Shown here: positions 1 to 10,100 of the stretch, one piece after another
Numbering within the stretch: the first letter of the stretch is position 1
Layout of the letters: every line of letters begins with the position of its first letter
Origin: Ignavibacteriota bacterium
Lineage (GTDB): Bacteria > Bacteroidota > Ignavibacteria > UBA10030 > UBA6906
Direction of reading: 5' to 3'
DNA length: 64,000 nucleotides
Assembly (NCBI GenBank): GCA_963801355.1
Contig: CAWDEM010000008.1
Location: 2,112,001-2,176,000, forward strand
Made by a program: the position numbers and the translations under genes
Notes under the pieces: model-generated
Database searches by the model: none
What the model saw: the letters and a program-made list of their open reading frames with translations, nothing else
Told to the model about the DNA's origin: nothing

Positions 1-771
1 GGTGTAACGTTCACGGTGCCCGTCCTTGGTGACGACGTTCAGCAGACCCGATCGGATGCCGCCGTACTTCGCCTGGAAACCGCCGGTCAACACCTGGATC
101 TCTTCAATAGCGGTGGAGTTCAATGCCAGATACGAGTTTTCGGTCCGCGGGTCCTGCAACGAAATGCCATCCATGCGGACTTCCGTCTCGCGTATACCTC
201 CGCCGCGCACGCTGAGCCCGCTCCCCTGTACTCCGCTCACGAGTTCCACTCCCTTCAGCCGGCCGACGAATTCGTCCACATGCAGAACCGGCATCTCGGC
301 AAGGCGGGCGGTTCCGATGACCTCCTGTGTCGCTGAGACATCCTGCTTGATCGCTTCCCTGGTGGCGGTCACCACGACCTGATCCAGCGCAATGGATGTC
401 GAGGAGATCTGGAAGTTGAGGTTCGTTGTGCGGTCCAGATCGGCTTTCACCGCCCGCTGTGCGAGCGGCGTGTAGCCAATCATTCGGGCTTCAACGACAT
501 ACACACCGGGCGGGACATTGAGAATGAAGTAGTACCCGTCAGCATCCGTGATTCCTCCAAGCGGTCTGTCGAGTGGAACATCGGTGCCGTCGGTCAGCAT
601 GGAAAGTGCAACGATAACGTTTGCACCCGGCAGCGGCTCCCGGCTTTCACGGTCGATCACTCTGCCGGTGATCTTCCCGTTCCCGGCCCAGAGCATCACG
701 GGGAGTAACAGACCCGCGCAAACCATCGCGCCGACACGATAGATATTCTTCACTGGTATACGGCGTTTCAT
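1..771 (-). CDS. TonB-dependent receptor, N-terminal part (carboxypeptidase-regulatory-like domain + plug); runs off the window start
   Basis: Not in the ORF track; translated by hand from ATG 771: MKRRIPVKNIYRVGAMVCAGLLLPVMLWAGNGKITGRVIDRESREPLPGANV...DADGYYFILNVPPGVYVVEARMIGY...VVVTA...LSVRGG...IEEIQVLTGGFQAKYGGIRSGLLNVVTKDG. Frame is open to base 1. Confidence 0.9.
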   Translation of the reverse strand, partial: MKRRIPVKNIYRVGAMVCAGLLLPVMLWAGNGKITGRVIDRESREPLPGANVIVALSMLTDGTDVPLDRPLGGITDADGYYFILNVPPGVYVVEARMIGYTPLAQRAVKADLDRTTNLNFQISSTSIALDQVVVTATREAIKQDVSATQEVIGTARLAEMPVLHVDEFVGRLKGVELVSGVQGSGLSVRGGGIRETEVRMDGISLQDPRTENSYLALNSTAIEEIQVLTGGFQAKYGGIRSGLLNVVTKDGHRERYT

Positions 772-973
772 AGCGAACCCTCTCGAGGGTTTGTGATCAA
801 ATTCCGGATGAAACCTGGCGGTTCGGTTGGGAAGAGCAGATGGAACGGAGGATGGGCACCTGCACGGTGCATGCATGATTCCCATCATGCCGTGAGGTGA
901 AACACGGGTTGCCGGCTTTCGACTCACGAGATATGGAATACCCATCACTCGGTTCATGCGTCGCCGCTGGCCC

Positions 974-1002
974 AATGTACGACATGACGCTTCGCTTGTC
1001 AA
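974..1002 (-). promoter_or_regulatory. sigma70-type promoter for the TonB receptor gene
   Basis: Minus strand TTGACA (1002-997), 17 nt spacer, TACATT (979-974); A-tracts in the adjacent region 1007-1058. Confidence 0.6.
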
Positions 1003-1062
1003 GCTCAAAAATCATCAAAAACGCAAAGAAAACGGGTTAAGATCATCAACCAAAAAAAGTTC

Positions 1063-1091
1063 TTGCTTTTTGGCCGGAAACAATGTATGAT
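1063..1091 (+). promoter_or_regulatory. sigma70-type promoter for cspA
   Basis: TTGCTT (1063-1068), 17 nt spacer, TATGAT (1086-1091), preceded by A-tracts. Confidence 0.6.
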
Positions 1092-1256
1092 TCGTCATCG
1101 ATCGTACACCGTTGTTGGCCTTGTTGAACTCTTTGAGAGATCGCGACCCAGGTGCTGCATGACCGAGTTGCGATTTTTCGTTTTTTCAAGCAGACTTCTG
1201 GTTGTACTCCCGTGTCCGCCGGTTGCGGACTTTCTTACATCGTAAGGATCTGTTCC

Positions 1257-1457
1257 ATGGAAAAAGGGACAGTGAAGTGGTTCAACGGGGCCAAAGGCTT
1301 CGGATTCATTCAGCGCGAAACGGGCGAAGATGTTTTCGTCCATTTCAAGGAAATCGTCGGAGAAGGGTACAAAACCCTTAACGAAGGCGATAAGGTGACT
1401 TTCGAAGTTACCCGTGGACCAAAAGGTTTGCAGGCAACGAAGGTGACGAAAGGCTAA
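1257..1457 (+). CDS. cspA: Cold-shock protein (CSD), 66 aa
   Basis: [18 protein letters not shown]...DVFVHF...[16 protein letters not shown]...GPKGLQA, with RNP1 and RNP2 motifs; true start is ATG 1257 after AAGGA. Confidence 0.97.
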   Translation: MEKGTVKWFNGAKGFGFIQRETGEDVFVHFKEIVGEGYKTLNEGDKVTFEVTRGPKGLQATKVTKG

Positions 1458-1490
1458 CGCCTTTCTAACGATTCGCACGGCTTAGAACCG

Positions 1491-1525
1491 CGAAAGCCCC
1501 GCCACTGGCGGGGCTTTCGTTTTTT
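1491..1525 (+). terminator. Rho-independent terminator between convergent cspA and the amidase gene
   Basis: CGAAAGCCCCGCC-ACT-GGCGGGGCTTTCG perfect 13-bp stem followed by TTTTTT. Confidence 0.9.
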
Positions 1526-1535
1526 CTGCCCTCGA

Positions 1536-4133
1536 TCACCGCAAGAGTACCATGGAGCGCGAACTCACAAATCCGCCGGCGACGAGCCGGTATATGTACA
1601 CTCCGCTCGCGAGACCCGAGGCGTCAAAAGAAACCATATAGTCACCTGCAGGCCTCTTCTCGTTGACCAGTACCGCCACCTCCCGCCCGAGCATGTCGTA
1701 TACCTTGAGCGTTATGAATTGTGGATCCACAATTGAAAATTGTATGCTCGTGCCAGGGTTGAACGGATTCGGGAAATTCTGTTTGAGCGAGTATCCTGCG
1801 GGCGCACCTGCCGGCTCGCCGTTCATCGCCGTCACCCCCTCCCCCACACTCAAATCGTCAAAATAGACCGTGCCGCTTGTGCGCCCGCCGGGCAGTTGCT
1901 TGATGACGAACCCTGCAAACTGCCGCGTGGCAGTCGTGGGAACAGACGCAATTGATGCTTCAACGAGTTTCCATCCGGTCCAGTCAAGCGTATCGCAATG
2001 CACAAACGTCAACGGATAGAACCAGTATTCGAGCGCGTTGCGGCTGTTGTCACCGAATACCCAGGCGGCAACTTTCGGGCCCGGGTCAACGACCGGCCTG
2101 GAGCCGTTGAATTCGCGTACCGTTCCGCCACTGGGTCCGGCAAATTCATAGCTTACCTTTCCGCTCCCGGTACCCGACTTCTTAATGGCCGTCTCAATCG
2201 CAAATGAGGTGGTGAGCGTCCCCACCGTGCTCCCGCTGGTGCCCGGTTGCCACCAGCTCCCCATGGCATCCAGTGAATTGATGACCGTCCCGCTGAAGTT
2301 CTGATCGGGTCCCGTCGCAAAGGCGATTGTCGGTGCGCTTGAGATGCCGTTGCCTCCGTAGTCCTTCATTGATGGGAGAACGGACAGCAAATACGCGGAC
2401 AGAGCCTGCAATGCCGCAGCCGGGCGGAACGTGATCCGTATTCCCGTGCCCACACTCTGCACCGTTGGCGCCGTCAACGGTATAACATTACCGCCCCCGT
2501 CGATCAGACGGAACGTCCCCCCGAGTGTTGTCGGATCCATCGGCTCACTCACTTCGACTTCAAAAAGAACGGTCGAGCTGACCCCCTCCTGGCCTGCGGC
2601 AGGGTACGTGGCTCCCAGAACCGGCGGCACTGTGTCATGTGCCGTGGTTCTAAACGTAAACACGTACGGCTCACCACCGATACCATCCCCGTTGACATCC
2701 AGGCCGGCACCGAAATAGTTGTGTGCGCCGGTGTCAAGTGTAACCGTGTATTCCGTATCAAACGCAAGAGGCGATGACGGCGTGAACTGCAATGTGCGAT
2801 AGGTGTCCTTCCAGCTCACGGTCCCTGCAATGGCCGGAGTGACATGAAAACTCTGTTCCGCGCTCATCCGCTCGAGCCGCTGATTGAAGGAGACAGGAAT
2901 TGCCTCAAAAACCTGCACACGGCCGGCAGGGGGTTGCGACGTCACGCGCGGGGGTGTCATATCATCGGTCACAATCTGCATCAGGAAATCCCAGTCCCAG
3001 TTGATGCCGGGATCCGTGTGGGTGTTGCATGTGGCGAAGTTCGAAGGATATCCGTTGCTGAGCACCCAGTCCACCCATGTACTGTTGAGATACTCGTTAT
3101 GACCGATGACATGGTTGCGGTCTTTGGAAATGCCGTACTTATCGCAAAGGTATTTCACCAGCCGTCCGGATGCCAGGTACATCTCGGGGGTCCACCAGGC
3201 AGGGTTCGACACAAATCCTTCGTGTTCAATGCCGAACGAATAGCGGTTGAGGCAGACGGCGTGCCAGGCCCAGTACTGTTCTTCCACCTGTTGCGTGATA
3301 TCTCCCGCCGGAGCATCGGAGGGAGAGTCCTGCATACCGTTCACGTCATAGTGGACACTCGCGTCTGTTCCAGCCTGCTGGAAATAGGAAATGACCCCGA
3401 GGTAGTACCCCTCCATGTCGTGAATGACGACAAAATCCCGTTTGTAGCCCATTGTGTACCAGTGACCGGGATATGCAGGAACCCAGTGAGCAGGGGGATA
3501 GTCAGGCTGGGCGGTGCGCTTCTGCAATCCGTTGTTGCTTTCGGCTTCTGCATAGACGGCCTTGGCATTGGCGCTTACAATCTGCATATCCAGCGTACGG
3601 GGCTCAATCCGGATCCCGTATTCATTGTATCCCTTGGCCAGCCGGGAGAGTATTTCATACGCATGTTGGGCTGCGAGTTCGGGTTGGGGGATACCGCAAT
3701 AACGGGCGATGGCGGTTTGCCAGCTTTCGAGGGATCCCGGAGCAGTGCCGGCCGGAAGCGGATACTGTGTGTAGAGGGTCTTGAGATATGCGGCGGCAGC
3801 GCGGATATTCTGTACCACATCCCTGCGCACGGTGGTCGGAGTCTCGCCTATCAATGCAGCGCTCAGGGGCAAGCTCCGCCCGAAGAACCTGTCATCCCTG
3901 AGTGCCATGATGCCGTAAGACCGCGGCAATCCGACACAACTTGCCGTATCGCCATCGGCCCATTCCAGGTGTTCCCAGCGTGTCTCCGCAAATGCAATGC
4001 CTTTGAGCACATCGGCCGGTACTCCGAATTCCCGTCCCGCCGACTCAAATGCCGAGAGAATTTCTGGCTGTGATAGGTCCTGAGCTAATGCTGTCGCCCC
4101 AGATAGAAGCAACACACAAAGAAATCGCGTCAT
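1536..4133 (-). CDS. Secreted N-acetylmuramoyl-L-alanine amidase (lysozyme-like N-domain, Amidase_2, two Big_5-type Ig domains, beta-sandwich, T9SS CTD)
   Basis: Signal peptide; IAFAETRW...YGIMAL...NIRAAAAYL; VVIHDMEG, SVHY, AWHA, GIEHEG, IGH, HTDPG; NFPNPFNP...SMVLLR. Confidence 0.88.
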   Translation of the reverse strand: MTRFLCVLLLSGATALAQDLSQPEILSAFESAGREFGVPADVLKGIAFAETRWEHLEWADGDTASCVGLPRSYGIMALRDDRFFGRSLPLSAALIGETPTTVRRDVVQNIRAAAAYLKTLYTQYPLPAGTAPGSLESWQTAIARYCGIPQPELAAQHAYEILSRLAKGYNEYGIRIEPRTLDMQIVSANAKAVYAEAESNNGLQKRTAQPDYPPAHWVPAYPGHWYTMGYKRDFVVIHDMEGYYLGVISYFQQAGTDASVHYDVNGMQDSPSDAPAGDITQQVEEQYWAWHAVCLNRYSFGIEHEGFVSNPAWWTPEMYLASGRLVKYLCDKYGISKDRNHVIGHNEYLNSTWVDWVLSNGYPSNFATCNTHTDPGINWDWDFLMQIVTDDMTPPRVTSQPPAGRVQVFEAIPVSFNQRLERMSAEQSFHVTPAIAGTVSWKDTYRTLQFTPSSPLAFDTEYTVTLDTGAHNYFGAGLDVNGDGIGGEPYVFTFRTTAHDTVPPVLGATYPAAGQEGVSSTVLFEVEVSEPMDPTTLGGTFRLIDGGGNVIPLTAPTVQSVGTGIRITFRPAAALQALSAYLLSVLPSMKDYGGNGISSAPTIAFATGPDQNFSGTVINSLDAMGSWWQPGTSGSTVGTLTTSFAIETAIKKSGTGSGKVSYEFAGPSGGTVREFNGSRPVVDPGPKVAAWVFGDNSRNALEYWFYPLTFVHCDTLDWTGWKLVEASIASVPTTATRQFAGFVIKQLPGGRTSGTVYFDDLSVGEGVTAMNGEPAGAPAGYSLKQNFPNPFNPGTSIQFSIVDPQFITLKVYDMLGREVAVLVNEKRPAGDYMVSFDASGLASGVYIYRLVAGGFVSSRSMVLLR

Positions 4134-4287
4134 ATCATCCCGTCTGTATGGAACCCGATGCGTACTGATAACTTAGAGATTCAGCGGGTGAGAATCAACG
4201 CGAGGGGCAACAGGCCTGCAACGGGGCGCGAGTGATGGGCACAGCCAAGGGGGCGACCGGAATGAATCTGAAAACTGCACGAGCATA

Positions 4288-5583
4288 CTACCGGTACGCC
4301 GGCGCAATGTCAGCAGACGGGAAGTAGTGGTGCAAGATTTGTTCGGCCGTACGACCGGCCAACGCCATCCCCACGGCTCCCGATTGACACATCCCCACAC
4401 CATGCCCCCACCCCGCGCCGGTGACGACGAACCGGTCGGGTCGCGTGAGAGGACCCACCGGATCCAGCACGACACAGGAGCTGCGGAGCGGAGGTGTCCA
4501 GACTTGCCGGAATTCCAGTTCTGTTGAAACTCGGAATTGCCCCTCTTCCCCCACAAACAGAGCGCTGAGGATGCGGCCGGAATGACCCCGGCGCACGGAA
4601 TCGATCCGGACAATGCGGCCCACACGCAATCTTCCGCCTGCGAGTCCGAGTGAGTCGGCCGGGGTGTTCACCTTCCACCTCCAGTATCTCCGGCTCCAGT
4701 CGGGGAGGCCGGGGCGGGACTGCGGATTGCAGTACGTCGGGGGATCAGCTTCCAGCCAACGCCGCAGGTGTGTTTCATTCTCAAGAGAATCAACCCTCAG
4801 GGAGTCGGCGTCGGGGCGCGCACCCCAGTACGCACGCGGACCACTTCGCCATGGCCAGACGTTTTCTATGCTCTCGGAGTATCCTCCGCAGTTTGAAGCG
4901 AAGTACGCGTTGATCGGCACGCCTCCCGATTGAAGGATGAGACCGCGAGTCGTCCGGATCGCGCGGTCAATCTCTTTCGTTATTCGCGACGTTCCTCCGA
5001 ACACCTGACAGTCCACGTCACCGCAGATGTCGTACCCATTGCCGGCGTACATCCGGTTCCGCCTGGCTGCCATGACTTCGGACCGGGCTGCGATTGCCTG
5101 TGCGCGTAGAGCCTCAACCGGCGCGGTCCCGATCTCAAATGGCACTACACCCCGCAGGTATCGTTCAACAGGAAGAGAGACAACCACGCTCAACATCCCT
5201 CCCGGTGCAGCCCGCACGCTGATTGTCCCTTCGTACCGCCTGTCTTCCTTTCCCTCCCACCACCATCCGACGCCGTACGGGACATTTCGGACAAGGAACA
5301 GTCCGGTATCACGCACTGCGGTCATGACCAGAAGCGAATCCTCAATATGCACATCGCCGTACACTAGACCTACGCGTGTCCCGTGCCGCTCGATGATAGC
5401 CTGTTTGCCACCGGCAAGCAGCAGTCGTTTCTCCGCCCGGACGCGCCATGGGCCGGCCGGCTCAATTGCCACACGATCGAGTGTGGAGATAATTTGCACT
5501 CTGATGAGCGGCTCTTTGGCATCCGACGTGAGAAAGCCCAAAAACAGCAAAAACACTGTGATGCAGAACGGAAAGGACTTCAT
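4288..5583 (-). CDS. SpoIID/LytB-domain protein (putative lytic transglycosylase)
   Basis: ERYLRGVVPFEI...EALRAQAIAARS, DICGDVDCQVFGG, GAGWGHGVGMCQSGA...ILHHYFP; signal peptide. Confidence 0.92.
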   Translation of the reverse strand: MKSFPFCITVFLLFLGFLTSDAKEPLIRVQIISTLDRVAIEPAGPWRVRAEKRLLLAGGKQAIIERHGTRVGLVYGDVHIEDSLLVMTAVRDTGLFLVRNVPYGVGWWWEGKEDRRYEGTISVRAAPGGMLSVVVSLPVERYLRGVVPFEIGTAPVEALRAQAIAARSEVMAARRNRMYAGNGYDICGDVDCQVFGGTSRITKEIDRAIRTTRGLILQSGGVPINAYFASNCGGYSESIENVWPWRSGPRAYWGARPDADSLRVDSLENETHLRRWLEADPPTYCNPQSRPGLPDWSRRYWRWKVNTPADSLGLAGGRLRVGRIVRIDSVRRGHSGRILSALFVGEEGQFRVSTELEFRQVWTPPLRSSCVVLDPVGPLTRPDRFVVTGAGWGHGVGMCQSGAVGMALAGRTAEQILHHYFPSADIAPAYR

Positions 5584-5590
5584 GTAATTC

Positions 5591-5647
5591 CCTGAGAAAA
5601 ATGCCAGAGAAAAAAGTCAGAGAAAAAACCCTGGGAAAAAAGCCAGG
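5591..5647. repeat. Four imperfect 13-bp tandem repeats with A-tracts
   Basis: cctgagaaaaatg / ccagagaaaaaag / tcagagaaaaaac / cctgggaaaaaag / ccagg. Confidence 0.8.
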
Positions 5648-5659
5648 CTTCACCGCACT

Positions 5660-7132
5660 TCACTGGAGGCACGCCAGCCACCTGCCGTACGCATCGGCGG
5701 TGGCTTCGCGGTCCCCTCGCGCCGGCACGACTTCCTCGATCTTCCGGAGCGACGCAAATGCCTCACGGGGCGAAGGGAATATGCCGGCTCCGACGGCAGC
5801 ACCGCGTGCCGCTCCCTGCGCCCCGTCGGTGTCAAAGAGTTCAATGGTCGCATCGGCGATATTGGCCAGCGTCTGCCGGAAGATGGGACTCAGGAACATG
5901 TTGGAGTGTCCGGCCCTGATGACCCGGAGGGCCAATCCCATTTCTTTCATAATGTCAATACCGTACCTGAACGAAAAGGCGATTCCCTCTTGAGCCGCCC
6001 GGTAAAGGTGAACACGCGAATGTCGATTGAAATCGATGCCATAGATCTGACAGCCGATTTCCCGGTCCTCCAGTATACGTTCGGCGCCGTTGCCGAACGG
6101 CAAGACCGTGACTCCGTCGCAGCCAATATTCACGCCTGCCGCTGCGTCATTGATCTCAGCATAGCTCAAGCCTTCCGCGACATTCCTGCGGAGCCAGGAA
6201 TTCAGAATGCCTGTTCCGTTGATACAGAGCAGAACTCCAAGGCGCGGCTGGCCGGCCGTATGGTTGACGTGCGCAAACGGGTTGACGCGTGATTTCCCGT
6301 CATAGGCCACGCGGCCAATCACCCCGTAGACCACCCCTGACGTTCCGGCGGTAGCGGCAGCCTCCCCCGGGTTCAGGACGTTCAAGGAGAAGGCATTATT
6401 CGGTTGATCCCCCGCACGATACGTCACAACAGTCCCCTCCCGCAATCCAAGCTGTTCTGCAGCCACCTTCGTGAGCTGTCCCTGGTCGCCGAAGGTGGGG
6501 CGGATATCCGGCAACAGCCGCCTGTCACTGCCAAAATACTCAAGCAGTGCACCGGAGATCTCGTTCTTCGCGAAGTCCCAGTAGATCCATTCGGACAGTC
6601 CTGAGAGCGTCGTCGTGATGTCGCCGGTGAGTTTCATTGCAATGAATTCGCCGGGCAGCATGGCCTTGTGAATTCTCCCATACACTTCCGGCTCATTCTC
6701 CAGCACCCAGCGCAGCTTGGAGGCCGTGAAATTTCCCGGGGAATTGAGAAGATGCTGCAGGCAGAATTCGCGGCCGAGGGTATCGAAGGCCTTCCGGCCG
6801 ATTTCCACCGCGCGGCTATCACACCAGATGATCGACGGCCGCAGCACATGGTGCTTCTCATCGACGAGCACAAGTCCGTGCATCTGATACGAGATGCCGA
6901 TCGACCGTATCGCACCCGTGTCGATTCCTTTCTCCCTCACAAGGTTCCGGGTCAAGGCAACAACGTACGTCCACCATAGTTCCGGATCCTGCTCGGCCCA
7001 CCCGGCCCTGGGTGCGTCGATGTGCATTTCCTCCGAAGGTAAGGAGCCGTGGGCAATCACCGTACCGGTTTCACAATCCAGAATTGCACACTTGACCGAG
7101 GAGCTGCCGATGTCATAGCCGAGAGAGTACAT
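5660..7132 (-). CDS. xylB: Xylulokinase (FGGY family)
   Basis: LGYDIGSSSVK, EQDPELWW, ISYQMHGLV, IIWCDSR, LNSPGNFTASKLRW, RAGDQPNNA, PFGNGAER; located in a xylan/xylA locus. Confidence 0.92.
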   Translation of the reverse strand: MYSLGYDIGSSSVKCAILDCETGTVIAHGSLPSEEMHIDAPRAGWAEQDPELWWTYVVALTRNLVREKGIDTGAIRSIGISYQMHGLVLVDEKHHVLRPSIIWCDSRAVEIGRKAFDTLGREFCLQHLLNSPGNFTASKLRWVLENEPEVYGRIHKAMLPGEFIAMKLTGDITTTLSGLSEWIYWDFAKNEISGALLEYFGSDRRLLPDIRPTFGDQGQLTKVAAEQLGLREGTVVTYRAGDQPNNAFSLNVLNPGEAAATAGTSGVVYGVIGRVAYDGKSRVNPFAHVNHTAGQPRLGVLLCINGTGILNSWLRRNVAEGLSYAEINDAAAGVNIGCDGVTVLPFGNGAERILEDREIGCQIYGIDFNRHSRVHLYRAAQEGIAFSFRYGIDIMKEMGLALRVIRAGHSNMFLSPIFRQTLANIADATIELFDTDGAQGAARGAAVGAGIFPSPREAFASLRKIEEVVPARGDREATADAYGRWLACLQ

Positions 7133-7148
7133 GGAATCAGTTCCTTGC

Positions 7149-10100
7149 TTATTGTTGATGGATCATGTAGGTATCGTCATTCCCGCGATACTCAAACCAG
7201 TCGTAGTACGCGGAAGTCGTGGCCTTCTTCCCGAGTGAAGTGGCGTAGAGTCCGTACATGCATCCGACGAAACCACCCGCCACTTTTGTGCTCAGAAATT
7301 TCGCGTCAACGTGCTCCTTCAGCACGCTCCACCCACGATCTCCGAATCCGTACAGAAAAGCGTATGTGTCGCCGCGCGCTTCAATCTTCAGACGAACCGG
7401 CATCGTGTACTCTTTGATGGTGATCTCCCGCGATGCGATTACACGCATATGCGTCGTCGATCCGCCGGGATCAAGGGAGGTGTAGAGCTGCAACTGGGGC
7501 CTCGTTCCTACCCTGGATTTGCAGAGGAAGTAGAAATGCGATTCGTTCTGGAAGACAACAATCCCGGCCTTCTCATTCTCCGCACTAGGGGAAAACAGCA
7601 GAGAAGTGCTCGCGGAACCGCGTAGGTGCTGCTGCCGTCTCCCCAGAAAGCTCGGATTTCCTTTGCCGGAACATGACTCGGGGCGCAACTGCAGTCCGAC
7701 AAACCCCTTCCGGGACCTCAAATCATACCACTCCTCGTGCGGAGTCCTCAGGAAAGTCCAATCGCGGTCCAGCGTCCCGCCGTTGAAGTCGTCTCTTCTG
7801 GTGAAATTGCCGCCGTAGGGAACTCCCGGAGCTGATGAAGGCCTCACAGGATAAGGGTACGAGTATTGCACTTTCTCCTCGCCGGTGGTCACGATCGGCC
7901 ACCCGTTCTTCCATAGCACGGGCGCAAGGAATGTTTCTCTGCCGGTATTGTAGTATCCCCCCTCGACCGGAGGATACGGCCTGCATCCAAGGAACACCGC
8001 CCACCAGTCCCCGCTTTCCGTCTCCACAAAATCGGCATGTCCGGTCGACGTGATCGGCGCTTCTCTCGCGGGATCAAGATGCCTTTGCGTCAGTATCGGA
8101 TTGCCGGCGAACGGGACATACGGACCCTCCACCGCCGCGCTCCTGAAGACTACTTCCGAATGCTGGTCACCGGTTCCCCCCTCTGCGGCAATGAGATAGT
8201 AAGCGCCGTCCTTCTTGAAAATGTGCGGGCCTTCAATCCAGACGGGTTTCCTGGCAATATCCGTCCCCCCGTTCACGAGAAGATGTTCTTCGCCGGTGAC
8301 CTTGAGCTTTCCGGTATCAAACTCATACATACGGATCGTCCTGTGTCCGTCATAGAGCGGTTTATCGTTTGGGGGAATACTATTGTAGATGATGTACGCC
8401 CTGCCATCGTCATCGAAGAACATCGACGGATCAATCCCGTTGATTTCGGGAATCCAGACCGGATTCGACCAGGGTCCCCGCGGAGAGGTCGCCGTAGCAA
8501 TGAAGTTCCCCCCGATGTCGACAAGTGTGCACGTCACATAGAATTTTCCCCCGCGGTAACGGATGGCCGGCGCGAAGAGCCCGCGCGAAACACCCTGCCC
8601 GTCCAGGTTCAACTGTTCCACCCGATCCATGACGTGGCCGATGAGGTTCCAGTTCACGAGATCCCGGCTTTGAAAGACCGGGATGCCGGGAAAATAGGCG
8701 AAGGTCGAGGTGACCAGGTAGTAGTCGGCCCCGACGCGGCATATGCTCGGGTCCGGATAGAATCCGGCCAGGATAGGGTTGAAAAACATGTTCGCCACCT
8801 CCAATGATGTATCCCGTGCTGCTCCGGGCCGACAACTTTCCGGTGGTCCCAGATAGCTCGGCTTCATGCCACCGGCATCGATCACCAACTTCTGGAGCAC
8901 GACACCTGGATCGACCATCCAGAATTTCAGGATATGTTCACCTGGTTTTTCGACGGTGTGCTGTGATGTCACGATGTGGATGTTGTTGGCCACCGCTTGA
9001 TTCCATTCGTGAGGATATTTCCAATCAGGCACGGTATCCTTCGCATGCATGTTGATGATCTGCGGTTGTTGCTCATCGAACGAGACCGCATAGCACAATC
9101 CCTTGTGCTCCCTCCCGGGTTCGGTGCGGAAATCCAGTGTCGGGGAGAGGTCCGCATGGACGGTGAGGCGTCCGGCTGTGAACAGATGCACACGGTACTC
9201 CAAACGGGGGGAATCGCCGCCAGGCGTCACACTTGCTGATGTGACTGGCGTAACAGTCATGGCCGAAAGCGTGCGACCCAGATCGGGTATCCGCTGCCAT
9301 GCAGCGTGCGGTGTGTTCACCGCCGTTGTGTAGTGCTCCGCCTCCATGGAGAGGTACCCGTTGCTCTCCATAAAGGCATGGACGACTTGACGCTCCTGGA
9401 GGACAGGATTGTTGACAACTGCGTGAACGACAACATGGGCACTGTCCGGACCTGTGATCGTAATGGGCACGCGCTGTTTCCCTGCCGGAGCTTTGCGCCA
9501 GTCGACGTTCACGGTAATCCGTTCTTCCGTCCGGACGCTCCCCTCGCATGAGCTGAGCTGGAGGTATTTTTCCGGCGAATGAAGGACATAGTGCACAGGA
9601 AGAGTCCCGCGGTTGAAAACTTCGATGTAGGTCGATTGGTTGCTGTAAGGATCACATTCCGGCAATACCGCCTCGGTCGTGTCCCGCGGCCACCAGCGTG
9701 CGGATCCCTCGATTGCCACTCCCATCTCCGGAGCGGGTTTCAATGCGATTCTCTGCACGGGAGGCGGGACGTCCTTCTCCGGCTGTTGCCATGAGGTGTA
9801 GCTAATGTGCGTCTGATCCATCATGTGGTTCCACTTGCCGCCGGCGAGCGTGCTATTGTAATAGTGGCTGATGGCAGAATCCTTGCTGAAGAGAAACGCC
9901 GCCCGGTCGGCGAGGGCGTTGGTACCGGCCCGCCCCTGTCCGGCATACAGGTGATTCATACCGACGGTGACATACAGATCGTTGAGGTTGGCACAGGCAG
10001 TCACCGGATGGAGCACGAGCTGATAGAATGCATCCTTCTGCGCAGGAGGGAGCGAATCGTATATGCCCTGTGCGCGTTCTGCGAGCCGTGTGTAGTCCTC

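Noticed and set aside
772-973. Riboswitch (for example cobalamin) in the ~200-nt TonB receptor leader
   Set aside because: No recognisable B12-box, TPP or other conserved aptamer motif by eye; an Infernal search would be needed.
2844-4073. Long plus-strand ORFs antisense to real genes (also 8037-8807, 11043-11801, 27645-28973, 34971-35837)
   Set aside because: Shadow ORFs expected from GC-rich codon bias; no motifs, and the opposite strand carries clear protein families.
5591-5647. Possible CRISPR array
   Set aside because: Units are 13 bp, contiguous, with no spacers, and no cas genes are present.
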